The notes beneath the pieces were generated by a model. That model worked only from the letters and a program-made list of their open reading frames with translations, was not told the DNA's origin and searched no databases. Position numbers and translations under genes: made by a program. This document shows positions 1-9,981 of a stretch of DNA of 64,000 nt, piece after piece; positions within the stretch are counted from its first letter, which is position 1, and each line of letters starts with the position of its first letter. Origin of the DNA: a phage; the NCBI GenBank assembly GCA_024683775.1, contig GCA_024683775.1_4106.1; one strand, 5' to 3'.

Positions 1-64
1 AATTAATCAGTGTAGATGATGAAAGTATCGATCTATTCACTTCATATAACTAATACGAGCTTCT

Positions 65-484
65 ATGAAAACAATCAAAACACATTTCAAAGACACGTGG
101 ACAGAAGTAAGTACTGGTAATATTCAAGATATTTTATACAGTACTGAAACTATTCATGTCTATGACGAAGAGACAGCAGCGGAGCAGTTAAAGGTATTGC
201 ATCGTAGTGTAGGTGAACACACCGAGTACGGTGTTAAACATACTCGTGAATTGGTAAGTACTGATCATATTGACACCTGTACTGTAAATCTATCAAAAGA
301 AGAAATGTTTGATTTTATTCTAAACAATACTTTAGCAATTCAACCAGATGGATCACTATACAGTAAAACAGATGGTACACAAGTTCATAAAAAGTACAAT
401 GTGACCATCAATGATACGGTGATGTCTGGATATGATTTAGTTGATGCAATCAACGAGTACGTTTCTATGCAGAGGTTGAAATGA
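65..484 (+). CDS. hypothetical protein
   Basis: 139-aa ORF at head of the + strand gene chain; stop overlaps next start. Confidence 0.5.
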   Translation: MKTIKTHFKDTWTEVSTGNIQDILYSTETIHVYDEETAAEQLKVLHRSVGEHTEYGVKHTRELVSTDHIDTCTVNLSKEEMFDFILNNTLAIQPDGSLYSKTDGTQVHKKYNVTINDTVMSGYDLVDAINEYVSMQRLK

Positions 485-846
485 TTAATCTGATATATTT
501 TACAATTATTTGTTGCATTACTATTGTACTTTGTCGTCTAATTCATGTATACTCATATCATAAAGCGTTGAGAATCGAACAAGAGATTTACAACGAAAAC
601 CGTGAGCCAGAGCCAGAGAAGCTACCCCGCTCACCATATGCATTGAAGCGTGAGATGCATTCGGTGAGTAAGAAGTGGGGTTATGCAATAACCAAGCATG
701 GTTATATCGACACTGCTGCAAATGGCTATTTTCAAATTCACTATGATCTTTCAGTTGCGATTGGAATTTTATGGGAAATGGAGGATATAGGTGGTTATGA
801 GCGTACTAAATTTCCAAACTTACAAAATGATCCAGGAACTTCATGA
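481..846 (+). CDS. hypothetical protein with N-terminal hydrophobic segment
   Basis: 121-aa ORF, ATGA overlap with upstream gene. Confidence 0.45.
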   Translation: MINLIYFTIICCITIVLCRLIHVYSYHKALRIEQEIYNENREPEPEKLPRSPYALKREMHSVSKKWGYAITKHGYIDTAANGYFQIHYDLSVAIGILWEMEDIGGYERTKFPNLQNDPGTS

Positions 847-1000
847 AGAACATGATATAATTATAGATGTAGAAAAGAAGGAAGTTGTTATGAAGAAGCA
901 AGCATATCGCATCTTAGACAACTTCTATCTTAAGGCATTTATAATGAAGTTCTGTGCAGACGAGCACTTAACAGGACGTGTTATACGCAAGGAGTCGTAG
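791..1000 (+). CDS. hypothetical small protein (start uncertain, possibly internal Met at 827)
   Basis: 69-aa ORF overlapping the previous gene in another frame. Confidence 0.3.
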   Translation: MVMSVLNFQTYKMIQELHEEHDIIIDVEKKEVVMKKQAYRILDNFYLKAFIMKFCADEHLTGRVIRKES

Positions 1001-1342
1001 ATGGACATGAGTTCAACAATTCAGTACTTGAGCGAGAATTTTGTCAAAATCATTTCACGTGGTGGTATGATTGTGCATCCTGAAACTGAAGATATGTATA
1101 TCATTCGTTTTGATGCAAATTCTTATGATCAAGTACTTGTTGTTTCGAAATTAGTAGGTTATAATGAAGTCGTTCAGTTCTGCTGTACTGAGTTCGGTAT
1201 CTATATTAAAGATGCAGAAACCAATGAGATTTCACATTATTTTTATCACACACTGATGGGTACTAAAGATTTTGGATTGAAATTCAATGATTTAGTACAA
1301 TGTCACTATATGTTTAAAACATACCCAGCATCTGGGAAATAA
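1001..1342 (+). CDS. hypothetical protein
   Basis: 113-aa ORF in + chain. Confidence 0.5.
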   Translation: MDMSSTIQYLSENFVKIISRGGMIVHPETEDMYIIRFDANSYDQVLVVSKLVGYNEVVQFCCTEFGIYIKDAETNEISHYFYHTLMGTKDFGLKFNDLVQCHYMFKTYPASGK

Positions 1343-1353
1343 GGAGTAACAAT

Positions 1354-2169
1354 ATGAGCAACATTTTCTTCAAAACCATTTCCTTCAAAAAAGAATCTTA
1401 CTCTTACGCTTATGTAGATGGTAAAGTACTCAATATCGTTCTAGATGGTGTTGATGTACCTGTTCAATTTACCAGTCATCAAGAAGCGATTGAGGGTGCT
1501 CAAGAGCTTAACAGCTTACTAAATGGTATTGAGAAGAAACCTGAAGTTAAATCTGACCTTGATTTATTGGTTGACAAAATTAAAAGTGGTGAACTATTAT
1601 CAATTCTAGACCAGTGTAATGAAAAATTACGTGGTGTTGTTGGTGATGTACGTACTACAGTTCAAGATCGTCTACTTGAGCAAGCATTCAAAGAAGTTAC
1701 TAAGAAAACTGAAGAACGTGTTGAAGGTATGATTAAAAACATTGATGACGTTCTCACTCATATGTTCACCAAGCCATACGAATCAAGTACTGATTCTGAA
1801 GAGAAACAAGAAGAACCAGTAGAACGCACCAAGCCATCTATTGTTACTAAAGTTAAACATAGTTTTGGTTCACTGGATGATGTATTTGGATTTACAAATG
1901 TACGTGTTAGTACTGATGAAAAGCCAGAAGTTGATGAAATGCTAATTGGTGACATGACAACTGGACAACTCAAAAAAGAGATTGATACCTTTGTTAATGA
2001 ACTAATTAGTTCTGAACGTGCTGAAAATATGTTTAGCAGTATTTCAGCAAACTTCGGCAAAGAAGCAACTGAGCAAGCAGTACAGGCATTCAAAGATTTG
2101 ATTTACACTGTTGCAATTGCTAATCCAGAACAAACACTGGAAGAAGTTCTACGTAAAAACTTCAAATAA
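1354..2169 (+). CDS. hypothetical acidic protein
   Basis: 271-aa ORF preceded by AAGGAG-like RBS; followed by hairpin terminator. Confidence 0.6.
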   Translation: MSNIFFKTISFKKESYSYAYVDGKVLNIVLDGVDVPVQFTSHQEAIEGAQELNSLLNGIEKKPEVKSDLDLLVDKIKSGELLSILDQCNEKLRGVVGDVRTTVQDRLLEQAFKEVTKKTEERVEGMIKNIDDVLTHMFTKPYESSTDSEEKQEEPVERTKPSIVTKVKHSFGSLDDVFGFTNVRVSTDEKPEVDEMLIGDMTTGQLKKEIDTFVNELISSERAENMFSSISANFGKEATEQAVQAFKDLIYTVAIANPEQTLEEVLRKNFK

Positions 2170-2182
2170 GATATAGATAAAA

Positions 2183-2212
2183 GAAAAGCCACTACAATGT
2201 AGTGGCTTTTTT
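2183..2212. terminator. bidirectional intrinsic terminator between convergent genes
   Basis: GCCACTAC-AAT-GTAGTGGC hairpin flanked by an A-run upstream and TTTTTT downstream. Confidence 0.65.
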
Positions 2213-2213
2213 G

Positions 2214-3371
2214 TTATGCGTTATAACCAACAATGACTACAGTACAGCCAAATGGTTCAACAACTTTTAATACAACATTATCATCTGCATCGAGTTCAAC
2301 TTCACTTAGAACAACATGATTGTCTTCAGCATAGACTTGAACTTGTGGGAGGATTTTACCATGTTCACTGGCAGGAATGGACAGTGTGTACATAGAATCA
2401 CCATCATCTACCCAATCACTATCGGTATACGTGTTGTGATATGGAGTGGTGTGTAAGGTTTTACCAATAATACTCAATGAGATTGGAGCATCATCAGTTT
2501 GGTACACAGTAATATTACCGCTAGGATCTACAATGAGGTCTACTCCAATTTGGAATAAATCACCACTGTATGCTTGTAGAGCAAGATACTCACCACGCTC
2601 ATGCACAGTAGCTGGTACAGTTGCCATGTACATACCATCGGACGTGTACTCAAACTGAGATAGAAGTACTGAAGTAACGAAGTCAATATCTTCGCCGCTT
2701 TCTAGTATATCAAATTCAATAGTTTTGGTATTATATATGTCAGAAGTGAGTATGATGGTTCCTTTACCGGATTGAGTAATTGGATCAACTGGAATACTAA
2801 AAACATCATCAATTATTTCAGTTGTGAAGTACTCGGTTCCGTCAGGAAGTATAACGGTAATACGCATTCCAGTTGTATCAATGGCTGAACCTGCGTTGAA
2901 TAGGCGACCACCTACCAAATCATCACCTACGAACGTTGGGAACATAAGGATGTTGTCTATATCTCTATCTATAATCCCGCATTCAGGGGTGTACATATTA
3001 TATAGTGTTTGTGAACTACCTAGAATTGTTTTGTGCAAAAGAAACTTATAAACAAACCCAGTAGGATCTGATTCAAGTTTAGCATCTGAGTATCCTCTTA
3101 CGAAAAAAGAGTTCTTTCTTATTTCACTTAGGATTTGGTCATTAGTTTTGTTGTAGTTTAATTGATATCCTTGTATATCCTTTGTTGTAATTTGTACTTT
3201 ACGATAAATTACATTACTTACAGGATCAAGTAAATCATATAATCTATGGCTTCTCTGACGATAGATTCGAACATTTTTGAGTTTAGTCCCATCGTTGAGA
3301 ATTGCACCATCGACTACATATCCACATTCACCGAACTTATATTGTCCAGCAGCAGCAATCGATCTTGACAT
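2214..3371 (-). CDS. hypothetical protein (385 aa)
   Basis: long ORF with GGAGGG RBS; opposite orientation to the surrounding + strand block. Confidence 0.6.
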   Translation of the reverse strand: MSRSIAAAGQYKFGECGYVVDGAILNDGTKLKNVRIYRQRSHRLYDLLDPVSNVIYRKVQITTKDIQGYQLNYNKTNDQILSEIRKNSFFVRGYSDAKLESDPTGFVYKFLLHKTILGSSQTLYNMYTPECGIIDRDIDNILMFPTFVGDDLVGGRLFNAGSAIDTTGMRITVILPDGTEYFTTEIIDDVFSIPVDPITQSGKGTIILTSDIYNTKTIEFDILESGEDIDFVTSVLLSQFEYTSDGMYMATVPATVHERGEYLALQAYSGDLFQIGVDLIVDPSGNITVYQTDDAPISLSIIGKTLHTTPYHNTYTDSDWVDDGDSMYTLSIPASEHGKILPQVQVYAEDNHVVLSEVELDADDNVVLKVVEPFGCTVVIVGYNA

Positions 3372-3433
3372 TCATCCCTCCATTGGTATAATTATTATAA
3401 CGTATTTATTCTAGATAGGTAAAAAAGCACCTT

Positions 3434-3462
3434 GACTGAGTTGTGTTTTTGACGTATACTTA
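3434..3462 (+). promoter_or_regulatory. sigma70-like promoter (TTGACT-N17-TATACT)
   Basis: hexamers read directly upstream of the 3488 gene. Confidence 0.45.
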
Positions 3463-3487
3463 AATGGAATATCAATAAGGGGATTTT

Positions 3488-4072
3488 ATGAGTGTTGTAG
3501 AAAAACGTTTAGTACTGAAAAATGGTAAAATGACTGTTAAGCTATACAAAGATGAAGCTGATTCTTTTATGGCTAAAGCAATTGAGAAATCCGAACGATA
3601 TAAAATTCTTGCACCTGCAAGTAAATCGCCGTATGGGTTTAATCACGCTCACAGTCATTTTGTTGGTATGGTATGTGAACATGCTTCATTTGTACTTTTT
3701 AATGAAATTGAAAACTATTCAGGTATTGCACTTAACATCGATCCAGCGTTCCAAAGTGATGGACGTGATGGGGAATGTGATATCAAAGTAAACAACTTAA
3801 GAATTGAAGTGAAAGGTATCAAGTACAAATCGTGGACCGACTTTGGACCATGTGTTAGTACTCGACAGTTAAAAAATATACAGAAAAAAGCTGACGTTAT
3901 TCTGTGGGTATTGTATAATGAGAAAAAGCAAGAATTCACATTTGAGGGATTCAACTATGTAAAAGACATTAGTTCGATTCCAGTTGTGCTAACAGGTGTA
4001 CCAGGGCGACCAATGATTGAAAATCACCCAGTACTGAGTATTATTAAACCACTTCAGGAGTTACCATTATGA
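3488..4072 (+). CDS. hypothetical protein, weak PD-(D/E)xK nuclease-like motif
   Basis: 194-aa ORF; motif D-x-E-C-D-I-K ... I-E-V-K only weakly suggestive. Confidence 0.5.
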   Translation: MSVVEKRLVLKNGKMTVKLYKDEADSFMAKAIEKSERYKILAPASKSPYGFNHAHSHFVGMVCEHASFVLFNEIENYSGIALNIDPAFQSDGRDGECDIKVNNLRIEVKGIKYKSWTDFGPCVSTRQLKNIQKKADVILWVLYNEKKQEFTFEGFNYVKDISSIPVVLTGVPGRPMIENHPVLSIIKPLQELPL

Positions 4073-4296
4073 TTACTGCCACTGTATATCAAGATATTAA
4101 TGAAGAATTTAATTCTAAAATTGCATTTTTATCCTTTCCCGTATTGCCAGCTATTGGTGCTACGTTGAATCTTACAATCTGTGGCTTTGAAAAATACTAT
4201 GAAGTACTAGATATTGAGTACTGTGCCGATGTTTATTCATGCAACAGTGAGATTGCTATTCCTGTGCAAATCGACATTATTGTAAAAGAGGTTTGA
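4069..4296 (+). CDS. hypothetical small protein
   Basis: 75-aa ORF, ATGA overlap. Confidence 0.45.
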   Translation: MITATVYQDINEEFNSKIAFLSFPVLPAIGATLNLTICGFEKYYEVLDIEYCADVYSCNSEIAIPVQIDIIVKEV

Positions 4297-4757
4297 TTAT
4301 GTTTAAACACTTTCTAGTAATCACTGCTGTTGTATTCAGTACTTCCTGCTTCGTTGCACCAGTACATGCGGAAGACCAGCGTCAAACAATCAAGACGATT
4401 GGAACAGGGAAAGCCCAACCAAAACGTACTGCTGAAGAATACATGCCTGAGATGCGTGAACGTTACCGCCAGCAATACCGTGAAAAACATGCTAATGATA
4501 AGCCTATCAAAAAGCATAAATGGAATGTAGTCAAATCGCCATCGTTTTGTGCTGGGTATGCTAAGGTTAAGGATGAACAGCACAACAAGCAGTACTATAA
4601 AGATATGTACACATTCTATGATTCGAGGATCTCGGATGATGACATGATGGCTGCTAAGGTTGATAAAGAAGAATTTCTTCAGGGTTATGACATGACCGAT
4701 GATGACAAGATCATGGAATGTGTTGAAGTATATGAAAAATACAGAGGTTTTGAATGA
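4293..4757 (+). CDS. hypothetical secreted protein
   Basis: N-terminal signal-peptide-like segment MIMFKHFLVITAVVFSTSCFVAPVHA. Confidence 0.5.
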   Translation: MIMFKHFLVITAVVFSTSCFVAPVHAEDQRQTIKTIGTGKAQPKRTAEEYMPEMRERYRQQYREKHANDKPIKKHKWNVVKSPSFCAGYAKVKDEQHNKQYYKDMYTFYDSRISDDDMMAAKVDKEEFLQGYDMTDDDKIMECVEVYEKYRGFE

Positions 4758-5197
4758 CACTTTTGCTGATTCTAGGTTTATTAGTGTCATATTTCATTTT
4801 TCTTAACATCTTCTCTGATGCATCACATTTTGCATATGCTTCAGCTATTGCAAAACACGAAGGGATAAAGAAGTATATTCCTGCATTGTTATTCTCATAT
4901 ATGTACCATCCAAGGTACTTTACACTAGGTGTGTTTGACAAGTATGTATACGACGAAAAAGCACTCAATGAAATTGAATACTTTGTAAGAACTCATGCTA
5001 ATAACAATCCAAAATCATTAATTAACTTTACTGATAATCGTAAACGTGTTAGTATTAGAAGTGACTTGTATCCTACCAGTCACTTTCATCTAGGCGATTG
5101 TAGTGTGTACAGAGTTAGATACGAAAACTTACTGTTACCACCATCACATATAAGATACATAGAAAAATACTTGTTGAAATGTGTTGACTCCAAATAG
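4754..5197 (+). CDS. hypothetical protein with N-terminal TM segment
   Basis: 147-aa ORF, ATGA overlap. Confidence 0.45.
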   Translation: MTLLLILGLLVSYFIFLNIFSDASHFAYASAIAKHEGIKKYIPALLFSYMYHPRYFTLGVFDKYVYDEKALNEIEYFVRTHANNNPKSLINFTDNRKRVSIRSDLYPTSHFHLGDCSVYRVRYENLLLPPSHIRYIEKYLLKCVDSK

Positions 5198-5250
5198 TAA
5201 ATGGCAGTATAATAGCTTCGTACCGCAATAACTGACAAGAGGATTTAACG

Positions 5251-5709
5251 ATGGACGTATTAGCTACTCAATTCAAACGCAACGCAGAAGAACGTGAAGG
5301 TTACCTAAGTATCAGTGAAGTGGTTGAAGATGGATTCAAGCAGTACATTTTCAACAGTGCAATTAAACTGAAGCCAACAAAAGATTCACCGGATCGCAGC
5401 TTCACAAAGTGGATTGCATTCTGGGAAGAGTCACCAATTGCAATCGAAATGACTGTCATTACTACAGTACTGGAAACTGGTTACATCAAAGCAATTGTAG
5501 TTGATAAGAAAGTTCGCACTCTTGATGAAATCGGGACATACCCAGCACGTAACTCTAAAGTATTTGGGTGTTTAGTTGATGGTAAGTTTATGATTGAAAA
5601 AGATGCTAAGAACTATGTAATTGATAAACTACAAACCAGTGCTACTAAACAGGAAGTCGTAGACCAGAACGCAGTGGATGCTATTAAAAAGGCATGGGGA
5701 CTGAAATAA
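5251..5709 (+). CDS. hypothetical protein
   Basis: 152-aa ORF. Confidence 0.5.
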   Translation: MDVLATQFKRNAEEREGYLSISEVVEDGFKQYIFNSAIKLKPTKDSPDRSFTKWIAFWEESPIAIEMTVITTVLETGYIKAIVVDKKVRTLDEIGTYPARNSKVFGCLVDGKFMIEKDAKNYVIDKLQTSATKQEVVDQNAVDAIKKAWGLK

Positions 5710-6131
5710 TGTTCACACTTAGCAATGCAAAGTATCTATTTCTTATTGCTATTATTGGTTGGGTTATGGCTCCAGTGCTTAATGCACTGGGGTTTCCAGA
5801 CGGACATAAACTTGTAAATGTTTCAGGTGTAATCCAGGGCATTTCATGGTATTCATTGATTATATTTTCTATATGTATTCATACATTTGCACGTGATTAC
5901 CGCCGTCTGCTTTTTGTTAAAGTATTCGGTACTAAGAGATATAGTTTTGTGTTTACATTTATTTTAATACCATGTATTATCTATGCTTTTGTATTTGATT
6001 ACTATACTTATCTGTGGGTGTGTGGTTCTATGTTTGTTATGTTGGAATATACAAGAACTGTTCAAAACTCATATGCTGATGAGTATTATGATCTTGAAGT
6101 TAAACGAAAATTAACGGAGCTAAACAAATGA
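5709..6131 (+). CDS. hypothetical membrane protein
   Basis: multiple hydrophobic segments; start taken at ATG overlapping upstream stop (TAATG). Confidence 0.45.
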   Translation: MFTLSNAKYLFLIAIIGWVMAPVLNALGFPDGHKLVNVSGVIQGISWYSLIIFSICIHTFARDYRRLLFVKVFGTKRYSFVFTFILIPCIIYAFVFDYYTYLWVCGSMFVMLEYTRTVQNSYADEYYDLEVKRKLTELNK

Positions 6132-6553
6132 GGGGATACAATAAGATTTGTATTTTTGTATTTTTAGTTTGTGCAATCAATACATTTGGATATTACTGTA
6201 CTGAAAACAACATTTCATATGGTTTAAATCCTTTGTGGTTTACAATTGCCAATGTAGCACAAATTGGTATTGCTGTTATGTCTGCACTTATGTTCTGTCC
6301 AATTGTCACTATGGATACTGAACATGAAAGGCTTGGATTTATCCGTGATACTGGAGACGAACCTTACAGTAGATTGATTGTGTTGTATCCATTTATTGTT
6401 ATTTTAGGTACTAACATCCAACTTGGGTCTTTATCTAATAGTGTTACTTCAGCAGCCATTACAGTCTTTGCATTCACATTTTTTATGGTACACAAATCAG
6501 TACTCAAATGGCACATCACCAAAATGGCAGAGAAAGGTACAGAAAACAGTTGA
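6128..6553 (+). CDS. hypothetical membrane protein
   Basis: 141-aa ORF with hydrophobic segments. Confidence 0.45.
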   Translation: MRGYNKICIFVFLVCAINTFGYYCTENNISYGLNPLWFTIANVAQIGIAVMSALMFCPIVTMDTEHERLGFIRDTGDEPYSRLIVLYPFIVILGTNIQLGSLSNSVTSAAITVFAFTFFMVHKSVLKWHITKMAEKGTENS

Positions 6554-6612
6554 CGTGAGTTATTGAGTCATATATAATTATTACATCAAAACGGGGAAAT
6601 GGTAAGGAACTT

Positions 6613-6864
6613 ATGAACATCGATAAGGTCAAAGAACTTAGTGAAGCACTAATTAAGAACGAAGAAGCTTGTGAAGAACTTCGCAGTACTATCAAAGTTG
6701 AGTACGCACGTCTTCAAGCTATGCTTCAGGAATCCGAATGGGTTGTAACTAAATCAATCGAAGCTATCTATAAGGATATCGAATCCCTTTTCAATAAGAA
6801 AAGCAAGTTTGAATCTGATTCATATAACAAGCGTAAAGAATTGAATTCAGTACTCGGTATCTAA
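6613..6864 (+). CDS. hypothetical small protein
   Basis: 83-aa ORF. Confidence 0.45.
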   Translation: MNIDKVKELSEALIKNEEACEELRSTIKVEYARLQAMLQESEWVVTKSIEAIYKDIESLFNKKSKFESDSYNKRKELNSVLGI

Positions 6865-6938
6865 AAGTATTTGACTTAACCAATAACATGGAGTACAATG
6901 TGCTCCTACTTTAATCAAAATCCTAAAAGGAAAACATT

Positions 6939-7199
6939 ATGAAATCTATCCTCGTTGCTGTAAACCTGGTTGCTTCCCCATCTTTCAACTTCAAACAAGT
7001 TGTTGCTGATAATCTGAAGAACATTTGCCCTAACGCTGAATTGACTTTCTGTGTGTTTGATTCAGAAAAAGTAACAACTGTTGATCTAAACTATCTTTTG
7101 AACGAAGTACAAAGTATTTCTGGTGAAAGTAATTTGGAAGTACTGAACTCCGTTGCTGATGACTATGATGATACACTTGTAATTTCGGAGAAATTCTAA
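6939..7199 (+). CDS. hypothetical small protein
   Basis: 86-aa ORF. Confidence 0.45.
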   Translation: MKSILVAVNLVASPSFNFKQVVADNLKNICPNAELTFCVFDSEKVTTVDLNYLLNEVQSISGESNLEVLNSVADDYDDTLVISEKF

Positions 7200-7204
7200 A
7201 TCCA

Positions 7205-7624
7205 ATGCTTAGATTTATACATTACTTAATCAGTAAGGTTTTTGGGTATCAAACTGTGGAGGACAAGGCTAATCTAGCACACAAAATCTTCACAGCTTTG
7301 TGTTCTGGTGATTATCCTGTATTGAATAAGTACTGTAAATCTAAAGCATGTATTGACATAATGGCACTTCGTATATATGAGTGCCAGTTCAATAGATACA
7401 ATTTTTACCAGTACAGATATGATAAAGATGATTTTGATAGCATTGTAATGCTAAAGAATTTATGTAATAATAAAAAGAATATTCATATATCTGAATTTGT
7501 TGCATTGTATTTTTATTTAAAAAGTTCATTGTATATGAATTCAATGCAACGATTTGATACTAGAATTAATGTATTCAACGATAAAGAATTTTATATCTAT
7601 GATAAATTTTTAGATAAGGTTTAA
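7205..7624 (+). CDS. hypothetical protein
   Basis: 139-aa ORF. Confidence 0.45.
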   Translation: MLRFIHYLISKVFGYQTVEDKANLAHKIFTALCSGDYPVLNKYCKSKACIDIMALRIYECQFNRYNFYQYRYDKDDFDSIVMLKNLCNNKKNIHISEFVALYFYLKSSLYMNSMQRFDTRINVFNDKEFYIYDKFLDKV

Positions 7625-7625
7625 T

Positions 7626-8123
7626 ATGACGACTGTTTATATTGATAAACGCTTGGGAGTATTACTTACTGATTCAAAAGTGACATCAACTGAGCAACGT
7701 TCATTTTTGAACCTATTCCCGTTGAAGCCAAAACTTAGTTATGGTGTAGTTTCACAAAAAACATTGTATGTACACGACCGACTGTTTAGTGCTTGCGGTG
7801 AAGTTAGTGAAATTAACAAAGTACTGAGATACTTGATTTCACAAGAGACTGTGATACCAGACCGCAAGGCGAGTTGTCACTGTGTTCTTGTGTCAAAAGA
7901 TTACATCATTCACTTAATCGTTAATAAGGGTAAGTTTACCAAGAAGATTGATTATCTCCATAATGATTATACATTCTTTATGGGTAGTGGTGGTGAATAC
8001 ATGCTTGATGCAGCAGTACATGAAGAGTATAATACTCTTCTTGATAAGGTATTTGATACCTTCATGGATGTTCATAACCATGATATCTATACCGATGATA
8101 ATATTAATGTATACCGTTTTTGA
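7626..8123 (+). CDS. hypothetical protein
   Basis: 165-aa ORF. Confidence 0.5.
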   Translation: MTTVYIDKRLGVLLTDSKVTSTEQRSFLNLFPLKPKLSYGVVSQKTLYVHDRLFSACGEVSEINKVLRYLISQETVIPDRKASCHCVLVSKDYIIHLIVNKGKFTKKIDYLHNDYTFFMGSGGEYMLDAAVHEEYNTLLDKVFDTFMDVHNHDIYTDDNINVYRF

Positions 8124-8145
8124 TTTCATTCATTAGGAGAAGTAA

Positions 8146-9111
8146 GTGAAAAAGCTTGATTTAAATGCAATTTCTGAAGAAGTACTGGATGAGTGTTTTG
8201 CTAGTGAAGAAGTCAACGTATTAGAGGCTCTTGATTCCGTCGAAGAAGAAGAACATGACGGTCACAAGTTTGAGAAACCAAAAACAGGTATCAGCTTAAC
8301 TCGCCCTAAAGGGATAACGAATGAAATGCTCATCCAAGCAGTGCGTGATGGTATTGACGTTGAAAAGAACATTGACCTTTTGGTTCGCTACAACTATCCA
8401 ATGGTAGTAAGTGTTGCACGTAAGTGTACATGTTTTATCCCATTTGAAGATAAGATTTCTTATGGTGTTGAAGGTTTAATGCGAGCAATTCATACGTTCG
8501 ACACTACCAAAAATGTTAAGTTCATTACATATGCAACAACAACTGTGTACATGACAATCTATAACGAAAGTGCAGATGCTAATTATCTAGTGCATTTCCC
8601 ACGTTATATGAGTGTTAATAACATTTATGTGAAACGTTGTGTAGAAGAGTATCAAAGGAAACATGGTAAATACCCAACTCCTGAGATGGTGTCAAAAGAG
8701 ACTGGTATTGAGATTCAACACGTTAAGAATTGTCTAACTTACAGTAACACTTATGTAGCATTGAATATGAAAATGAGTAATGATTCAGAAAGTACATTAT
8801 CTGACATTGTTACTTCAGTTGAACCTGATTACAACTTAGGCGTAGAAACTGTCAGTACCCCACTGGTACAAAGTATTGCAGAAATGATGAGTAACCTATC
8901 TGCCAAAGACCGTGAATTGATTGAACGTGTACATGGTATTGGTTCTTATTCTGAACCCGAAACGCTACGAGAAATCATTGAGAGTGGTTTTGAAGATGAG
9001 AAGGGTAAGGTCATGACTGCTCGTTCTTCATTGCACCGTAAGTACTCTGAAGCAATGGAACGACTGCGTAAGATGGTTAAGACAAAAGGTTATGAGTTCG
9101 AAGATTTTTAA
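8146..9111 (+). CDS. sigma-70-family RNA polymerase sigma factor-like protein
   Basis: region 2-like block GLMRAIHTFD...KFITYAT and C-terminal region 4-like HTH (MTARSSLHRKYSEAMERLRK); GTG start with GGAG RBS. Confidence 0.6.
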   Translation: MKKLDLNAISEEVLDECFASEEVNVLEALDSVEEEEHDGHKFEKPKTGISLTRPKGITNEMLIQAVRDGIDVEKNIDLLVRYNYPMVVSVARKCTCFIPFEDKISYGVEGLMRAIHTFDTTKNVKFITYATTTVYMTIYNESADANYLVHFPRYMSVNNIYVKRCVEEYQRKHGKYPTPEMVSKETGIEIQHVKNCLTYSNTYVALNMKMSNDSESTLSDIVTSVEPDYNLGVETVSTPLVQSIAEMMSNLSAKDRELIERVHGIGSYSEPETLREIIESGFEDEKGKVMTARSSLHRKYSEAMERLRKMVKTKGYEFEDF

Positions 9112-9118
9112 GATTAAA

Positions 9119-9144
9119 GGGTTGACTTCGGTCAGCCTTTTTTT
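9119..9144 (+). terminator. intrinsic terminator (GGTTGAC-TTCG-GTCAGCC plus T7)
   Basis: stem-loop with UUCG tetraloop followed by T-run directly after the sigma-like gene. Confidence 0.7.
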
Positions 9145-9771
9145 ATGGGACAAATTTATTAATGGTGATACAATGATCTATGTACAATCACAATGACAGT
9201 ACTGGTACTGACAATCTTCCCCTACTTCACTTGAAAATGTAAAGGATAGATGAGCTTTTCATTGTAGCGAACAGCAAAAGAAACCCGTTAGATGTGGGCA
9301 TAGTTTGAACCCCTCACGGCAATGCGGCTGTATAAAGAACCACGTTAGGATAGCTGGTGGTTCCTCGATAGACATATAAGGATAACACCTTACGAATTAT
9401 CTAAGGGAGAGTTATCGAATTTTGTACAGGAAAGTTGCGTCCAAAATTTGAGTACTCACATTAAGTATTTGATTGCATAGATACTTAATGAAGATACACT
9501 ATGTTTAAAAGTGTAGACCGTCATATGAAACTGAAGTAGAGAGAAACAGGATGACCCGCTTTCGCACTCGTTATGAGTAATCTTCAATGCAATAGCTCTG
9601 ATACCATCAGCGTCAAATTTCCCTCCGTGCGGGGGGAAGAAAAATCCCTTCCTCAAATCCCGTCAATATTAAAAGTCCTTGACAGTTATGATTCATTCGC
9701 GTAGAATACGTAGTATTAGAAGCGAACAGACATCTCGAAGAGATGGATGATTAACCATTGAGGAATATCTA

Positions 9772-9981
9772 ATGAATTCAGTAATCTTTTTAATTATTGC
9801 TCTTTCACCACAATCTGGTGTACAAATCACCCCAATGAATTCAATGAATCAATGCATTGCAGTACGTGACAGTACGTATGAACAAGTAAACAGCGTTTCA
9901 CTTAGAACAGTTGGTGAAGAATTAATGTGGTGTTACAATAGTAATACTAAAGAAAAACTAATTGTTGGACAAACAGAATGA
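9772..9981 (+). CDS. hypothetical small protein
   Basis: 69-aa ORF. Confidence 0.4.
   Translation: MNSVIFLIIALSPQSGVQITPMNSMNQCIAVRDSTYEQVNSVSLRTVGEELMWCYNSNTKEKLIVGQTE

Noticed and set aside
9456-9656. 66-aa - strand ORF in the 9.1-9.8 kb gap
   Set aside because: Antisense to the local gene orientation, no RBS, and low-complexity translation (GFFFPPHGG); likely spurious.
9112-9771. Possible tRNA gene(s) in the ORF-free gap
   Set aside because: I could not assemble a convincing cloverleaf (acceptor stem, T-arm with GTTC-type loop, anticodon arm) by eye; left as an unassigned gap rather than called.
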